Shown here in pieces: positions 41,101 to 53,939 of a DNA stretch of 64,000 nucleotides. This DNA comes from Spizellomyces punctatus DAOM BR117. Its lineage: Eukaryota. The first letter of the stretch is position 1, and each line of letters starts with the position of its first letter. The translations under genes were made by a program, and so were the position numbers. The stretch lies in the NCBI GenBank assembly GCA_000182565.2, contig KQ257465.1. One strand, 5' to 3'. The notes under the pieces are model-generated. The model searched no databases and was not told where the DNA came from. It saw only the letters and a program-made list of their open reading frames with translations.

Positions 41101-42548
41101 GAGGATTGCTTCCGGCCCAAAGCGGTCTAATAAGGCTTCCCCTGGAAACGCCCATTCAGTATCCACGGCAAGTATTGCAATGAATTTGAGAGCAAACTTA
41201 CCAGAGTCTTCAATGCCTGCTGCTCCCAGCCAAACGTACTCCCTTCCGACCAATCCGGCGTCACTGTAGCAACCCAAGATCAATTGTGGAGTCCAACATG
41301 CTAACTTGAACAAGTAATTAACCAGCTTACAATGCAGCAAAGTAAATGTCCGCTGTATTCTGGGGATTGGCACACACGATTATGATATGCGCCTCAGCCT
41401 GTTCTAGATTCTTGACAGCTATTTGAAGGGTCGCTGGATCGGTTTCACCACCTTGATAAAAACCTTGATTAAGTAGAATCGTGATTCCGTATAAGTTTAA
41501 TCTGGCGTGCACGTAAAATTGTTGAGCTTGAGATCTCAGTATGATGCATAAGGAGTGGTTACCCGAACCTTTCAATGACCTTGTCGGCAACTGACGAAAA
41601 AAACCTTGTTAGCTACGGCGAGGCAAACGAGGACGGCATGTAACAGGAACTTACCAGAAGCGCCGAAAGTGTCGGTAGTCTTCACAACGGCGACATTGCG
41701 CCAACCCATTGCATAGACGTAGTCGACTATTGTTACTGCCGGCCTCTCCTGATCATGTGTCATTCTGTACAGGTACTAAACATGGGAAACAAGTCTGTAC
41801 TGGTAAGCTTGATGTATGTAAATACGTTTTGCTGTGGGACCATTACCGGGTATCTATCGCGGTTGCTCAATGCTGGACTCGACGTTTGTGGCCCAAATTG
41901 AGGAATCTATGACCAGAATCCATAAATGGGATTCAAACTCTACACTTCGATATCTTGTGAACTCACTTGATGGTAGCTCGTAAGCAGGGCTTCATATTCA
42001 GTCGTTGGACTGAACATATCACCAATCACAGCGATAACCTTGTCGTCATTGATCAGTTCTGCAGTCACGGCCCTTGTATCGGTGAGGGGTTAATAGACTT
42101 GCTTAGTTCCAAATGACGAAGATAAAACTTACAGTGCCTGAGAAGCTGAGTCTACGAGTGTTGTATTTTCATACTCGCGGGTCCAAGAATCCTTGACAAT
42201 CACTTGCAAGTCAGTACCTACAAAAAGCAATGCCGAAGTGAGGGCGTGAAGCGCATCAAAGTGTCCCAACTAGGTTTTATCCACGGAATACACCTCAGTG
42301 GGGCAAATGGGGTACAGGCGCCCTTGCCGCCCGATCTTACCATTGAGGAGCGTAGTGTTTTTGACGTCATTAATGGCGAGCTCAACGGCTGGGAGGATAG
42401 CGCTAATTTCCTTTGCTTTGCTTCTGACTTTTAAGGAGTATGGCATAACAACGCCAATTTTGATTATGTCTTGTGCGACAGCGAGGGAGCATAGTGAAAG
42501 ACAGAGAATCTCCAAAGAGAGCAGCGCCTTCCAGTTGAATCCCCGCAT
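38129..42548 (-). CDS. Membrane receptor-like protein: signal peptide, Venus-flytrap (ANF/PBP1) domain, Cys-rich region and multi-pass TM domain
   Basis: MRGFNWKALL...AVAQDIIKIGVVMPY...AVELAINDV, VIAVIGDMFS, YVYAMGWRNVAVV and GLVGREYVWLG are PBP type 1 ligand-binding motifs. Then CLPCPDG..CKACP, QNYWR, YQCP, FTGPLCGQCQPG..GKCVSC, followed by several hydrophobic helices. Many introns, not all resolved. Confidence 0.75.
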
Positions 42549-42933
42549 AGCGGAACCCGACGATGATTCGATCAGATCAACACACAGGGAGCGGAAGGGA
42601 GACGAGAATGTGGAGGGCGGGGGCAAGGGGGCTCAAAGGGTTTATATGGTCTTCGATCCCACCATGGAAACCTTGTTTGCTTGGGATTTTGGCTGCAGCA
42701 CCCATCCGCACCATGCTGCCCTAAACTATTGATTACCAAATATGATAATCGCAATTTCTAGGGCCTTTTCATGTATTGTTTGGACGACACCTGTTTCCCA
42801 GAAAGCCTACCAAAACCATAAGCGGAGATTGCTTACCTAACCGTCACGTGTGGGACGGTCCTGTTGCAAAGTCAGAACTCAGGCCAGCAACAAACAGAGC
42901 ATTCCAGCGTATCCCCCAGGTGAAACAGGAGCC

Positions 42934-44478
42934 ATGAGTAGACAGGTAGGAAGCTCAATTGGAGCCTTGTGGGTACTAGCATGTGTGGATATAGCTTAAA
43001 CGTACTATCGGATCCATGCGCAGGCTACCCTCCTTATCCGGGGGTTTTTGTTTGCAACTGTGTTTTTGGCAGGGTTCTTCTATCTGCTCCCTCAGGCACC
43101 CATTGTCCATTCCCCCGAACCGCCCCACAGTTTACATGTACCACAGCAGGAGGCTGCCCCGCGAAAGCCAGTGTTGCCTGTGAAACCACCGATACTGCCT
43201 GCGCCGACATCCGTTAGTAAGGAAGTTGTTCCGTCAGAATATTCGCGCGATAGACCCGAAAACATCAGGGCCCTCTTCAGAGACGAAAAAGATAGTCTGG
43301 ATGTTACCCCGGTGATTCGGAAATTGCATTTAGGTATATTTGTGTAGCCTGTTGAGTATAGCTCTGCGGTATCCGTTGACGCACCACTACAGGTCGACGG
43401 CTACGCATTTCCAAGGAAATCAACTTGTATCCCCTTTTTGGTGATGCACGAGGATCTTCTCTTGACATAACATATATGTACCGCGGCCTCAATGCCTCGT
43501 TATCAGCGACGGTCATCACAAAAGGGGAAGGGTTGATGTTTCTCCAATCAGATGTAGTTATCCCGGATACATTAGTGGAAGAGGATATGCCTGAGCGCTA
43601 TCAGGGATCCGCCATTGTATTGGAGAAGCTGACAGGGAAGAGTGGATTGGAAATCGGCGGCGTATCAGATCCATTTCGAAACGTGGTGCCAATCTACAAT
43701 GTCATTGAATCGCTGGATAATTCGAACTTTGCAGCAACCACCCTTTGGGAAACCTCTTTGCAGGACGGTCAAAAGACCTTCAAATGGAATCCAGCGAAAG
43801 ATCCTGGAATTCAGTAAGGAATCTGTCTAAATTCGAGTCTGTTAGGTCATTCGCATTAATTCTCGTAGATATGTGATGGATGTCACCGATATGTCCAAAC
43901 TACGTGACGCTGGAAAGTTTTACGACTTTGTAGCGGCATGCCACATGTTAGAGCACATAGCAAATCCACTGCGCGCTGTCAAAGAGATGGTCTCTGTTTT
44001 GAAACCCGATGGGTGAGGTGCTAAGAAGTTTGAACGTCTGGAGACCGGTATTAAATCTTCTTGACGTCCTCAAGGTATTTGTTCCTTCTTGTACCATACA
44101 AAAAGGCGTGTTTCGACCATTTTCGCGACTACACCCCAATGTCGGACTTGCTTTCCCATTGGGATCGCCACACAAGAGAAGAGGACCTCAGTGAACATTT
44201 CGAAGAGATCATGCTACTACACGACCTGTCCATGGATCCTCCTGCCGGGAGCTTGGCCCATTTCAGATCACGCAGCTTGAGAAATAAGGTACTGACTCTG
44301 CAAACCTCGTCTACTTCACAGATCGGCTGCTGATCTTTCTTAGGACGTGCGTGGGCTGCATCAACATGTATTTAGCTACGAACTGCTTGAACAGGTCTGT
44401 CAATGGGCTGGTTTGAAAACGGTCACACAAGACCGTACAGGCTTGCACATGTTTGCTTTGTGTCAGAAAAGTAGCTGA
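42934..44478 (+). CDS. Type II membrane-anchored class I SAM-dependent methyltransferase
   Basis: MSRQ|ATLLIRGFLFATVFLAGFFYLL forms an N-terminal TM followed by a Pro-rich stem. Motif I GLEIGG, then YDFVAACHMLEHIANPLRAVKEMVSVLKPDG|YLFLLVP and LHQHVF. Five GT-AG introns preserve the frame. Confidence 0.85.
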
Positions 44479-44786
44479 GTTTGTAGGTCACTAGTATTTG
44501 CATTCAATGGACCTAGCAATTATTGGATAAATAGAGTTAGGATTAACCAAACATTTGGCATCAACTGTTGTGAAGGGAATGCATCCGATGGAGTAACTAA
44601 ATATAGGGAAGGGGGGCATTCATTTTCAATTATCCCCCAACACGCGCCCGAGGACGTGTCTTCTTTCCAGAAAAGCTCTTAGGGTTGCAGGCAACAGGGC
44701 AGGAGGTGAGTTCTCGTCTTTCAAAAAGGGTTGGGCGACTCGCAAAGATAGGAAAGAGTGTCGTTGGTAACGGGCGCTCTTTCGAC

Positions 44787-47063
44787 ATGAATTCCCGCAC
44801 CGGCATCAGTGTCATCTTTTGGTATTCATGCACCGTCATCTCAACAATATACTCTAAACGGTATCTAGCAGCCTCTGGTGATCCATATTCACTTTCCCTG
44901 CTATCAGTGGGCATTGGAGCCCTTGGCTCCTTGCTCTATCGACCACGCAAAGATGTATCTATCGACAGGGGAAAGCTTTACCCACTTGCAATGCTCCACT
45001 TGGCAACTACCCTTCTGACCAACATTAGTTTGGGGAAGGCGTCAGTTGCCTTCACCTACATGGTGAAGGTAGGTACCTGCATATCCGACTTTCTGCATAT
45101 ATGAGCGGCAGTTAATATCTCGCCCATAGGCTGCAGAGCCAATCTTTGCTGCCGTCCTGTGTCGTCTCGTCCTAAATGACAGGTGGCCTTTTCACATATA
45201 CCTCTCTCTACTGCCCATATTTTTTGGAGTTAGCCTCACAGCTGGGGCAGAAATGAACTTCTCTTTAATCGGTCTGTTTTCAGCACTGGCCTCGAACCTT
45301 GCTTCCAGCTCGCGTAACGTATTCTTCAAATCGACTCTAAAGGAGCTGTCTGTGAACTGGATCTCTGCCTATTTTGAAGTCTGTCGTGGCGCATTTACAT
45401 TACTGGCTCCATTATACGGCCTCGGGGTGGTTGCAGGAAAGTGGAGCAAAAATGTGGAGGTGAAGACTCTTGGTAAGCATGTGGAATCAAGTATTGCTTT
45501 GGCGGCTTTTAACTGTTACTGATTCCAGATTCGACGATCACAAACGACGCATCGACATACCTTGTCCTTGGAGCTTCGCTACACTTCGCATACAACCTAT
45601 TTAGCTTTGCGGTCCTTGATAAGCTGTCCCCGGTGACCCACGCCGTTACAAATGTGATGAAGGTGACTTTCTGCCTTCGCAACAACTTTCTCATTCGTCT
45701 GTTCTCATCCTTACTTTCAAGCGTGTCATGACCATTATATCTTCGCTTTTATATTTCGGTACCCCCTTCAACCTAGCCCAATTCTTTGGCTTTATCCTTG
45801 CAAATACTGGGGTCGGATGGTATTCCTATGCAAAAATGAAGTTTAAGGAAACCCCGAACGGCTGGGAAGGCGTCTCTGCGTCCCGGTTAGAATGGAGAAA
45901 ATCTGCATGCATTAAGGCCGTTGGGGTGATAGTGCTGATGACGATAGCAACAGACTTCTTGGGGGTCTTCCATAGTGTTTATGCACATCGGAGTAGAGGT
46001 GTACGGGAGCTCAACCGCCGGGAATGTTTGCGCAAGATCAAGAGTCAGACGCTCAATGCTATGGGACCCCTTCTACCGGAGGACGCCAGATATGTCATCA
46101 TAGACTTGGCCACACACACCAATCTTGGGGATAATTTCCTCTCGTAAGCTGGTGAATTAGTTCGAAAGTCTTTCGTCCGGAAGATGACTGACCGTTCCTA
46201 TTCGTCACAGGCTCGGTGAACAGAAGCTGATTCATGGTTTGGACCGAAAGCTGGTGGGCGTGTGTACTCTCAGCACCAAAAGAAGCTGCTCCTTTGATCG
46301 AGTGGGAGAATATGCAAGAGACAACGTCACACTGCTTATACACGCAGGCGGGAACTTTGGCACTCTATGGGGCTACATACATGCATACCGCATGAAAGTT
46401 TTTTCGAACTTCAGGACTGCACGAATGCTATCTCTGCCGCAATCTGTTTATTATGATAAAGAACCGAAGAACGATGCGAAAATAATGGCAGATTGTCCGA
46501 ACTTGACGCTGACCTGGAGATCAAGAGATTCTCTCCAATATGCTCAGGAGAACTTTCCACAAACGCCCTCATTTTTCGTTCCTGACATGGCGTTTATGAT
46601 AGGTGATGTAATACCCGACGCGGAGCCAGTCGTAGATATCGTCTTCCTAGTCCGAAGCGATCGGGAGAGTGTGCATAAATCCGCTAGCTGGAAGGAGGCG
46701 CAGCGCCTGCTTTCGGAGCATGGTATCAGCTACGAACACGTTGACTGGAAGCTCACAAAAGACCAGGAAACCTTCCCGGGATTTGACGTTGGTGACCTGC
46801 TACTTAAGCGTTTACACATTGCCAACCGCCTGCTCTCGCGGGGAAAACTAATCGTTGCGGACCGACTACATGCAATTATACTGTCAACACTGATGGGGAA
46901 GCCGCATATCTATTTGGATAATAGTTACAAGAAAATAACGCAAGTGCGGAAAGCTGCTTTTGCTGATAAGCCCGAGTGCAGCGATGAAAACCTACAGGCA
47001 GAATATGCAGACAATCCACTGGTGGCTGCTGAAATGGCAATTAAAAGATTACACAAACTTTAG
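44787..47063 (+). CDS. Fusion protein: TPT/SLC35E-family transporter (candidate PEP transporter) plus polysaccharide pyruvyltransferase
   Basis: N-half: VAFTYMVK|AAEPIFAAVL, YLSLLPIFFGV, SALASNLASSSRNVFFK and LSPVTHAVTNVMK|RV (TPT family). C-half: HTNLGDNFLS|LGE, HAGGNFGTLWG, LPQSVYY, PDMAFMIG and VADRLHAIILSTLMGKPHIYLDNSYKKI (pyruvyltransferase, Pvg1/EpsO-like). The domain junction lies within one exon (45722-46143). Confidence 0.9.
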
Positions 47064-47099
47064 TTTATAATTGTATTTATTTCTGCTTCACTGTTGGCA

Positions 47100-50000
47100 T
47101 CTCCAGACTTGTAATCTAACTTGTAAATAATATACACTACTACAAAGAAAGCTAGTGATGCATTTGTAGTGATGAAGATGTCTACATGCATTGCAAGCTA
47201 GTCAGATGAGGGTACATGGAGGATGGTTTCATTTAGCAAACTTGCAAATTTGAGTACAGCAACCAAGAATTTTGCTTTAGTACTAGTAGTGATATGCCAA
47301 GATTTGGTGATGGATTGTGTGACCCATAAGGGACTGGACTGTCACCCAATTGGAAAAGAACAGTACTGCCACCAACAAATCAGTTGTAGTGCTGATGCAG
47401 TTATTAGCATAGAGATTTAGCTGAGATTCCTGTATATATAAGAATAAATCTTGCAGAGCAAGTCATGAGGCAGAAGCTGGTAGCAACAGTACAACCCCAT
47501 AAACTAGCTTCTCAACTCCAATCCTAGGTTTACAGGAACCCAACAGAGGATTTCATTGGACTAATCACCTGCATGGAAGCCTCCAAATCCTGCTCAGTTC
47601 ACACTAACCAAATCCTGCTCAGTTCATACTAACCAAATCCCCAATTGCCTCTTGTCCCCAACACAGCTACCAAAACCCTCAAAAAGGATTCACAGACCAT
47701 TTACACCAGTACAGCCCTCCAATGACCTGCTAGGGAAGTTCCTGTCTCAAATCCATTACACATTGACAACATAGTCAACAGCCATTACTGTATATTACTA
47801 TTATTATCTGAACCTATATTTAAGTAAACATAGTAGTTTAACAGGTCTCAGTTCTAACTGTGTATGATCAAAATATGTGACCTTTCTATATAAAAGACTA
47901 CCTATAACTGTGTATTGGTGGTAACTATTGTGTAAAGATGAAGGAACCTCTACCTACAATCCAGGTGAATAAAAAACAAATTTGGAGGTATATTTAAGGT
48001 TAATTTATATATAGTAGGGTCAGGCCTGCCCTACAATTCTATTATTACCTATAACTTCCCAAAGATTTAGTATTAATACCTGCTAGCAGTATATAGTATA
48101 CTAGCACTTTTGGTATTTCTGCAGACTTAGATGCATCCATTTATCCCTAAGGACTGTTGCCTTAATCCTTCTAAAATTGGGTGCTAATGTACACCAGAAC
48201 TCACTACCACTTCTCCAAACACTTCCAAGAAATACTGCATAGTTAGCTGGGCTTGAATTGGACATGGTTCACTCCATTTGTATTGGCCTGTGAGGAAACT
48301 AGTAAGTAGCTGTCCTACAATAAACAGCCAGTATATTAATATAAATATCAGGATCTTGGACAAGTATTTATGGAAGAACTATGCAAATACATCCTGTTAA
48401 ATTATTATATATATTTTATTTATGGAGGAGGAAGCAGTTGCCCAATAATGTAGAAAGAGGAAGAGGTACAGAGTTGGGAGACCAGCAGTACAGACATGCA
48501 GCTTTTTATCTGCCAAGATCACAGAGATGGTGCAGGTTAACAATTATTGAAATCTACACAAACTGATAAACTTTGATGAGAGAAAAATAAGAATTGTAGT
48601 ATTGATATATTACTATGGTGTAACTAAAAAATATCTATAGCTCTTTGAGAAAAACAATCTCCATTGAGGTCTTTTGGAATGCAACCAGTCTACAAAATAT
48701 GTCAAACAATTGGAAGTTCCAGCATATTTATAGAGTATAAATGTAAAAGTCTATGCATGTGGAGCCCTTGGCAGGTATGTATTTTAAAAATGACACATGA
48801 ATACAGAGGCCCACCCCTCCTTTCAATATAACTTTGTTAAGCATGAGCACCAGACAGAAATGGACCTCAGCACAATTGCAGAACAAACACACATCAAGCA
48901 GGCATCAGTAGGGAGCAACCAACATGGTACAATTGACTGGAGCAAGTGATGCTGGAAATACAGGCAATGATGACCTGCTACCACTGTGCTTGCCAAGTAA
49001 AAACTGGAAGGTCTGTCACTCCAGGAGCACAGTTCTATTTGAAACAGGCAGCCATCCAATCTGTACACAAACTTAATTACCCATATTTCTCCTGGTAGAA
49101 ATGGCATGAAAAATTGAAAAGCAAATCTTGCTGTTCAACAGGTGCAGACTATTTGTCTCAAGATGCAGTCTGTTTTTAAGCTTTAGCCAAGTCTCACAAT
49201 CCAGACCCATCTAATCTCTTATTAGAAGCATTGAGCAAAATTGAAAGCTGACCTTGACATTTCCATGCATACTTCCACCAATTTTATTAAGCAGTACAAT
49301 CCCAATGCAATTCTGCTTTTATATTAACAAAAATTAGTACCATATCTGATAGCAAGAGTGGATCAAGATCTAATAACATTTCCATTATGTAGAAACAGCT
49401 TATGTTGTCAGATACTTCAAATTTCACCAATTTATAATTGGTCTGCACCCTCATTTTTTTCTCTTAGCATCTTACAAAGAAAAATGAAAGTCTTCAGCCA
49501 CCTGAAAATGCAAAGACATGTGGGGCTGTATACCACTGACTGAAACTAATTGCAGACTATTTAGTATAGTAACAGGGTTTGCTAGGACTGTCCTCAAGAC
49601 AAACTGATCTGGGGCACCTTTCAGTCTCTTATCACCCTGGTAATATAAAAGTACTGTCCAAGATACTAAATATGGTAACCAATTGTGGGCTTCTCAACTC
49701 ATTCTCCAATGGTAATCAACTCCCACTCATAACACATACTTGAAAGCCAACTACTAATTCTCCACTTACTGCCAGGGGTTTGCCACCTAGGCAGTTTTCA
49801 GAGTGGCAAATACATACTGGCATTGGGGTCTAGAAATCCTGACAGGCAGTTGAATTGGTGAGCCTGAGAAAGGAAATGATGGCATGGTAGATACCTAGGA
49901 TAGGTGTACTTTAATGGATGACTAGTATTATGGGAGGTCATACTGAGATATTGTTCAGACAGTCCTCATCTGATTTCTGGTTGATATCAGACATGATAGA

Positions 50001-50114
50001 ATTGGAATTTGACTGAATAGAGCCATCGCTGTGCATGTGAGTCAATTTACAGATCCAAATCAAGCTATAAGCAATGTGGGAGTTTTGGAATATGTTCCAG
50101 ATGCAAAACTCAAT
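47100..50114. other. AT-rich, CpG-free degenerate sequence, probably a decayed repeat or transposon relic
   Basis: By eye there is no CG dinucleotide from ~46985 to 50026. No long ORF. Abuts the copia element. Confidence 0.55.
47583..47640 (+). repeat. 25-bp tandem repeat (2.3 copies)
   Basis: ccaaatcctgctcagttcacactaa / ccaaatcctgctcagttcatactaa / ccaaatcc. Confidence 0.9.
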
Positions 50115-53100
50115 GCAATGGCTGTAATTGCTCTGTCACTGAGTGATGCCCAACTCATGCATGTCCAGATGGCTGGGACTGCAAGGGAGGCCTGGTTAAA
50201 GCTCAGTGACATCCACCAAAGGAAAGGAATTGCCAGTAGGCTCTATCTAAGGAGGAAATTTCTCACTCTGAAGATGGAAGACGGCGCTGGGGGCATGTTG
50301 GGACACATAAACACAGTCAGGACAATGGCTCAGCAGTTGGAGGCCATTGGGGCGCCAGTCAGTGAAGAAGACCAAGTCATCACCCTACTCTACAGCCTAC
50401 CAGAGAGTTATGAACAGCTGGTGGTGTCTTTGGAGGCCAGGAGTGATTCTCTGATGCTGGAATTCCTCACATCATGGCTTTTGCATGAAGAAACATGCAG
50501 GAAGGAAGCTGGGAGTGAAGGAGATAGCAAAGGGAAGGCCTTTTTCAGCAGGGATGGCAGGCAGAAGGTTGGCAAGCATGGTGGGACCAAGAAGACAGCA
50601 GGGAAGTGCTTCTACTGCAACAAGAAGGGTCACTTCAAGAAGGACTGCAGGAAGGTTCTGGTGGACACCAAAGAGCAGGCCAATCAAGCCAGTACCAGTC
50701 AGGCAACTCAGAATGAGTTCCTATTCTTTGCTCAGTTGGGAGATGACACCAAAAACTCTCAGGGAGCAGTCTGGTGGAATGTGGACTTGGGTGCTTCACA
50801 GCACATGTCACACAGAAGGGATTGGATGACCAATTACAAGGAGATGTCACCAATTCAAGTCCATCTGGCAGACAACAGAACAGTTCAGGCAATAGGGAAG
50901 GGCCAGATCACACTTGAGACAGACAGAAACCGATTCTGTACCCTCAAAGATGTGTGGTTTGTTCCCAAGCTTGAAAAGAACTTGTTTTCAGTAAGAAGAG
51001 CCACTGAAAACGGTGCCAAAGTGGAATTTGGCAACAAGGGATGCTGAATCAAGACTTCAGACAGTCAGGAAGCAATCCAGGGAACTCTAGGCAGTGGTCT
51101 ATACATGTTTCATGCAAGAGAACATGCAAACATAGCCTCTGGAATGAGTTTGGACCTCTGGCATCGCAGGTTAGGACACCTGAACGTCAACAGCATCAAA
51201 ATCTTGGCTAGGAACCAGCTGGGAAGCAGTCTGGAGGTCAAGAATCACACAGAAACATCACCATGTGAAGCCTGTGCCATTGGAAAGATTACCAGGTGTC
51301 CCTTTCCAAAGGGAGAAGCAGCTAGAGCAGCTCTACTGCTGGGGGTGGTTCACAGTGATGTGTGTGGGCCCATGAAGACACCAAGTCATGGTGGGGCAAA
51401 GTACTTTGTCACATTCATTGATGACAAGTCAAGGATGATGGCAGTTTATCTTCTGAAGGAGAAGAGTGAGGTTCTCAGCAAATTCAAGGAGTTTGAGGCC
51501 TGGGCAACCAACTTCACGGGGCAGAAGATCAAAACTCTCAGATCAGACAATGGGGGAGAGTATGTGGGCGAAGAATTCAAGAAATTCTGCAAACAGAAGG
51601 GAATTCAGCAGCAATTCAGCACCCCCTACACACCAGAGCAGAATGGTGTTGCTGAGAGGATGAACAGGATGCTGGTGGAAATGGGAAGGTGCATGCTGCA
51701 CCACAGTGGACTCAGCTACAAGTTCTGGGGCGAGGCAATCATGACAGCGGCCTATCTCAGGAACAGGAGCCCCACTGCAGCACTCAGCAACCAATCAACA
51801 CAATTTCAAGAGTTTACAGGCGGTAAACCAGCTCTCCAGCACCTCAGAGTGTTTGGCTGCATGGCCTACACTCATATTTCAAAAGAAAAGCGGTCAAAAC
51901 TTGATGAGAAGGCCAAGAAGGCAGTCATGGTCGGCTACAGTACTCAGAGTAAGGCCTACAGACTGTGGGTACCTGAAATGAACCAAGTTGTCATGTCAAG
52001 GGACGTCATCTTTGATGAAAACTTGATGTGGAGCACTCAGCAGCGACTGCAGAGTGTACCACAGCAAGACCAAGAGCTACAGATGCCTCTGGGAGGGGAG
52101 CCTTCGTTCTTGGATGACCAAGAAGGGCTAGGGACGGTTCAAGAGACTCAGAGACCATCTAGCATCACTCCAGACAACTCTTCAGCATCAGAAGATGATG
52201 GGGACGACTTCCAGGATGCTGAGGAAGTGCCAGAACTCAGCAGGAAGAGTGCCAGATTTCACAAACCACTGGGAGAGTGGTGGATTGCAAAGCCAACTCA
52301 GTCAAACCTGGCTTTTGCCTTCACCATTGGGGAAGTTCCACAGGAAGAACCCAGCACTCTGGCTGAAGCTAGGACCAGACATGATGCCAAACAGTGGGAG
52401 GCGGCTGTCAAAGCAGAATATGACTCTCTGATGGAGAATCAGACATGGGACTTAGTCAAACTACCACCAGGAAGATCCACAGTTGGCTGCAAGTGGGTTT
52501 TCAAGCTGAAACTCAAGTCAGATGGCTCTGTAGAGCGCTACAAGGCCAGACTGGTAGCCAAAGGATACTCCCAAGTTGAAGGACTGGACTACAAGGAGAC
52601 ATTTGCCCCAGTAGTCAAGTTTGCAACCATCAGGATGGTCCTGACACTAGCAGCCATGAAGGACATGGAGATTCACCAAATGGATGTCAAAACAGCATTC
52701 TTGAATGGGACCATTGAGGAGGACATCTACATGGACCAACCAGAAGGCTTCACCACGGCAAATGGGCTTGTCTGCAAGCTGAAGAAGAGTTTGTACGGGC
52801 TAAAGCAAGCTCCAAGAGCCTGGAACAAAGTCATTGACGGGCAACTCAAAGAACTTGGCTTTGAAAGGTGTGAATCAGACCACGGGCTGTACATCAACAA
52901 GAAGATGGGCATCCACCTTATCCTGTATGTGGATGACCTTATTCTGGCATCAAAGGACGACCAGGAGTTGTTAAAACTCAAAGAAGAACTCAAGAAGCAG
53001 TTCAAGATGGCTGATATGGGCCAGTTAGAGCATTTTCTCGGCATTCAAGTGGTCAGGGACAGAGCCAACAGGTCAATCTGGCTCTCCCAACAGCGGTACC

Positions 53101-53939
53101 TCGGTCAAACATTGAAGAAATTCAACATGAGTAACAGCAAACCAGTTGCCACACCACTAGAGAATGGCCACAAGCTCACCAAGGCCATGTCACCACAAAC
53201 TGAGGCAGAACAGCAAGAAATGAATGGGGTTCCTTTCAGAAGTGCTGTTGGAAGTCTCATTTATGCAATGCTGGGCACCAGACCAGACATAGCAGCGGCA
53301 GTTGGATCAGTCAGCCAGTACCTTTCCAACCCCGGACATCAGCACTGGATAGCAGTCAAACGGATCATGCGGTACCTGAATGGCACCACAGACCTAGGAC
53401 TTCAACTGGGCGGCATTCAGAGCGAGTGGGAGCTATCTGCATACTCTGATGCAGATTGGGGCGGTGATTTGGACTTCAGGAAGTCTACCACTGGCTTCTT
53501 AGTCAAGATTGGCAGCAGCACAGTCAGCTGGCAAAGCAAGAGGCAACCTACAGTCGCCCTATCATCAACAGAGTCAGAGTACATGGCTCTTTGTCAAGCT
53601 ACCAAGGAAGTTATCTGGTTCAGAACACTTCTAGGCGAGCTAGGACATCAGCAAAGTGGTCCTACAACATTGTATGGTGACAATCAGGGTGCCATAGCAC
53701 TTGCCAACAACCCAACACATCATGCAAGGACCAAACACATTGATGTGTGGCACCACTTCATCAGACAAGCAGTAGAAGACAAGAAAATCAGCCTCAAGTA
53801 CTGTCAGACAGAAGAAATGACGGCTGACATTCTCACCAAGGCCTTACCCAAGACAAAACACCTTAAACTTTGTGGTAAAATGGGTCTCTGTCGGAAATCA
53901 GATGATTCACTGAGTGGGAGTGTTGAGATTCAGGCTTAA
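50115..53939 (+). pseudogene. copia gag-pol polyprotein, disrupted
   Basis: Lacks the Gag N-terminus present in copy 2. TGA at 51045-51047 interrupts an otherwise continuous frame. The protease active-site DSG motif reads DLG. Confidence 0.9.

Noticed and set aside
47583-47640. CRISPR-like repeat
   Set aside because: Head-to-tail repeats with no spacers, eukaryotic context, and no cas genes.
50031-50114. Novel N-terminus fused to gag (ORF 50031-51047)
   Set aside because: GTG start in degenerate flank that is in frame by chance. Similarity to copy 2 begins only at 50115.
51045-51047. Programmed readthrough between copia gag/protease and pol
   Set aside because: The stop falls after the protease motif, lacks a CARYYA-type leaky context (it reads TGA ATC), and is simply explained as CGA to TGA in a CpG-mutated element.
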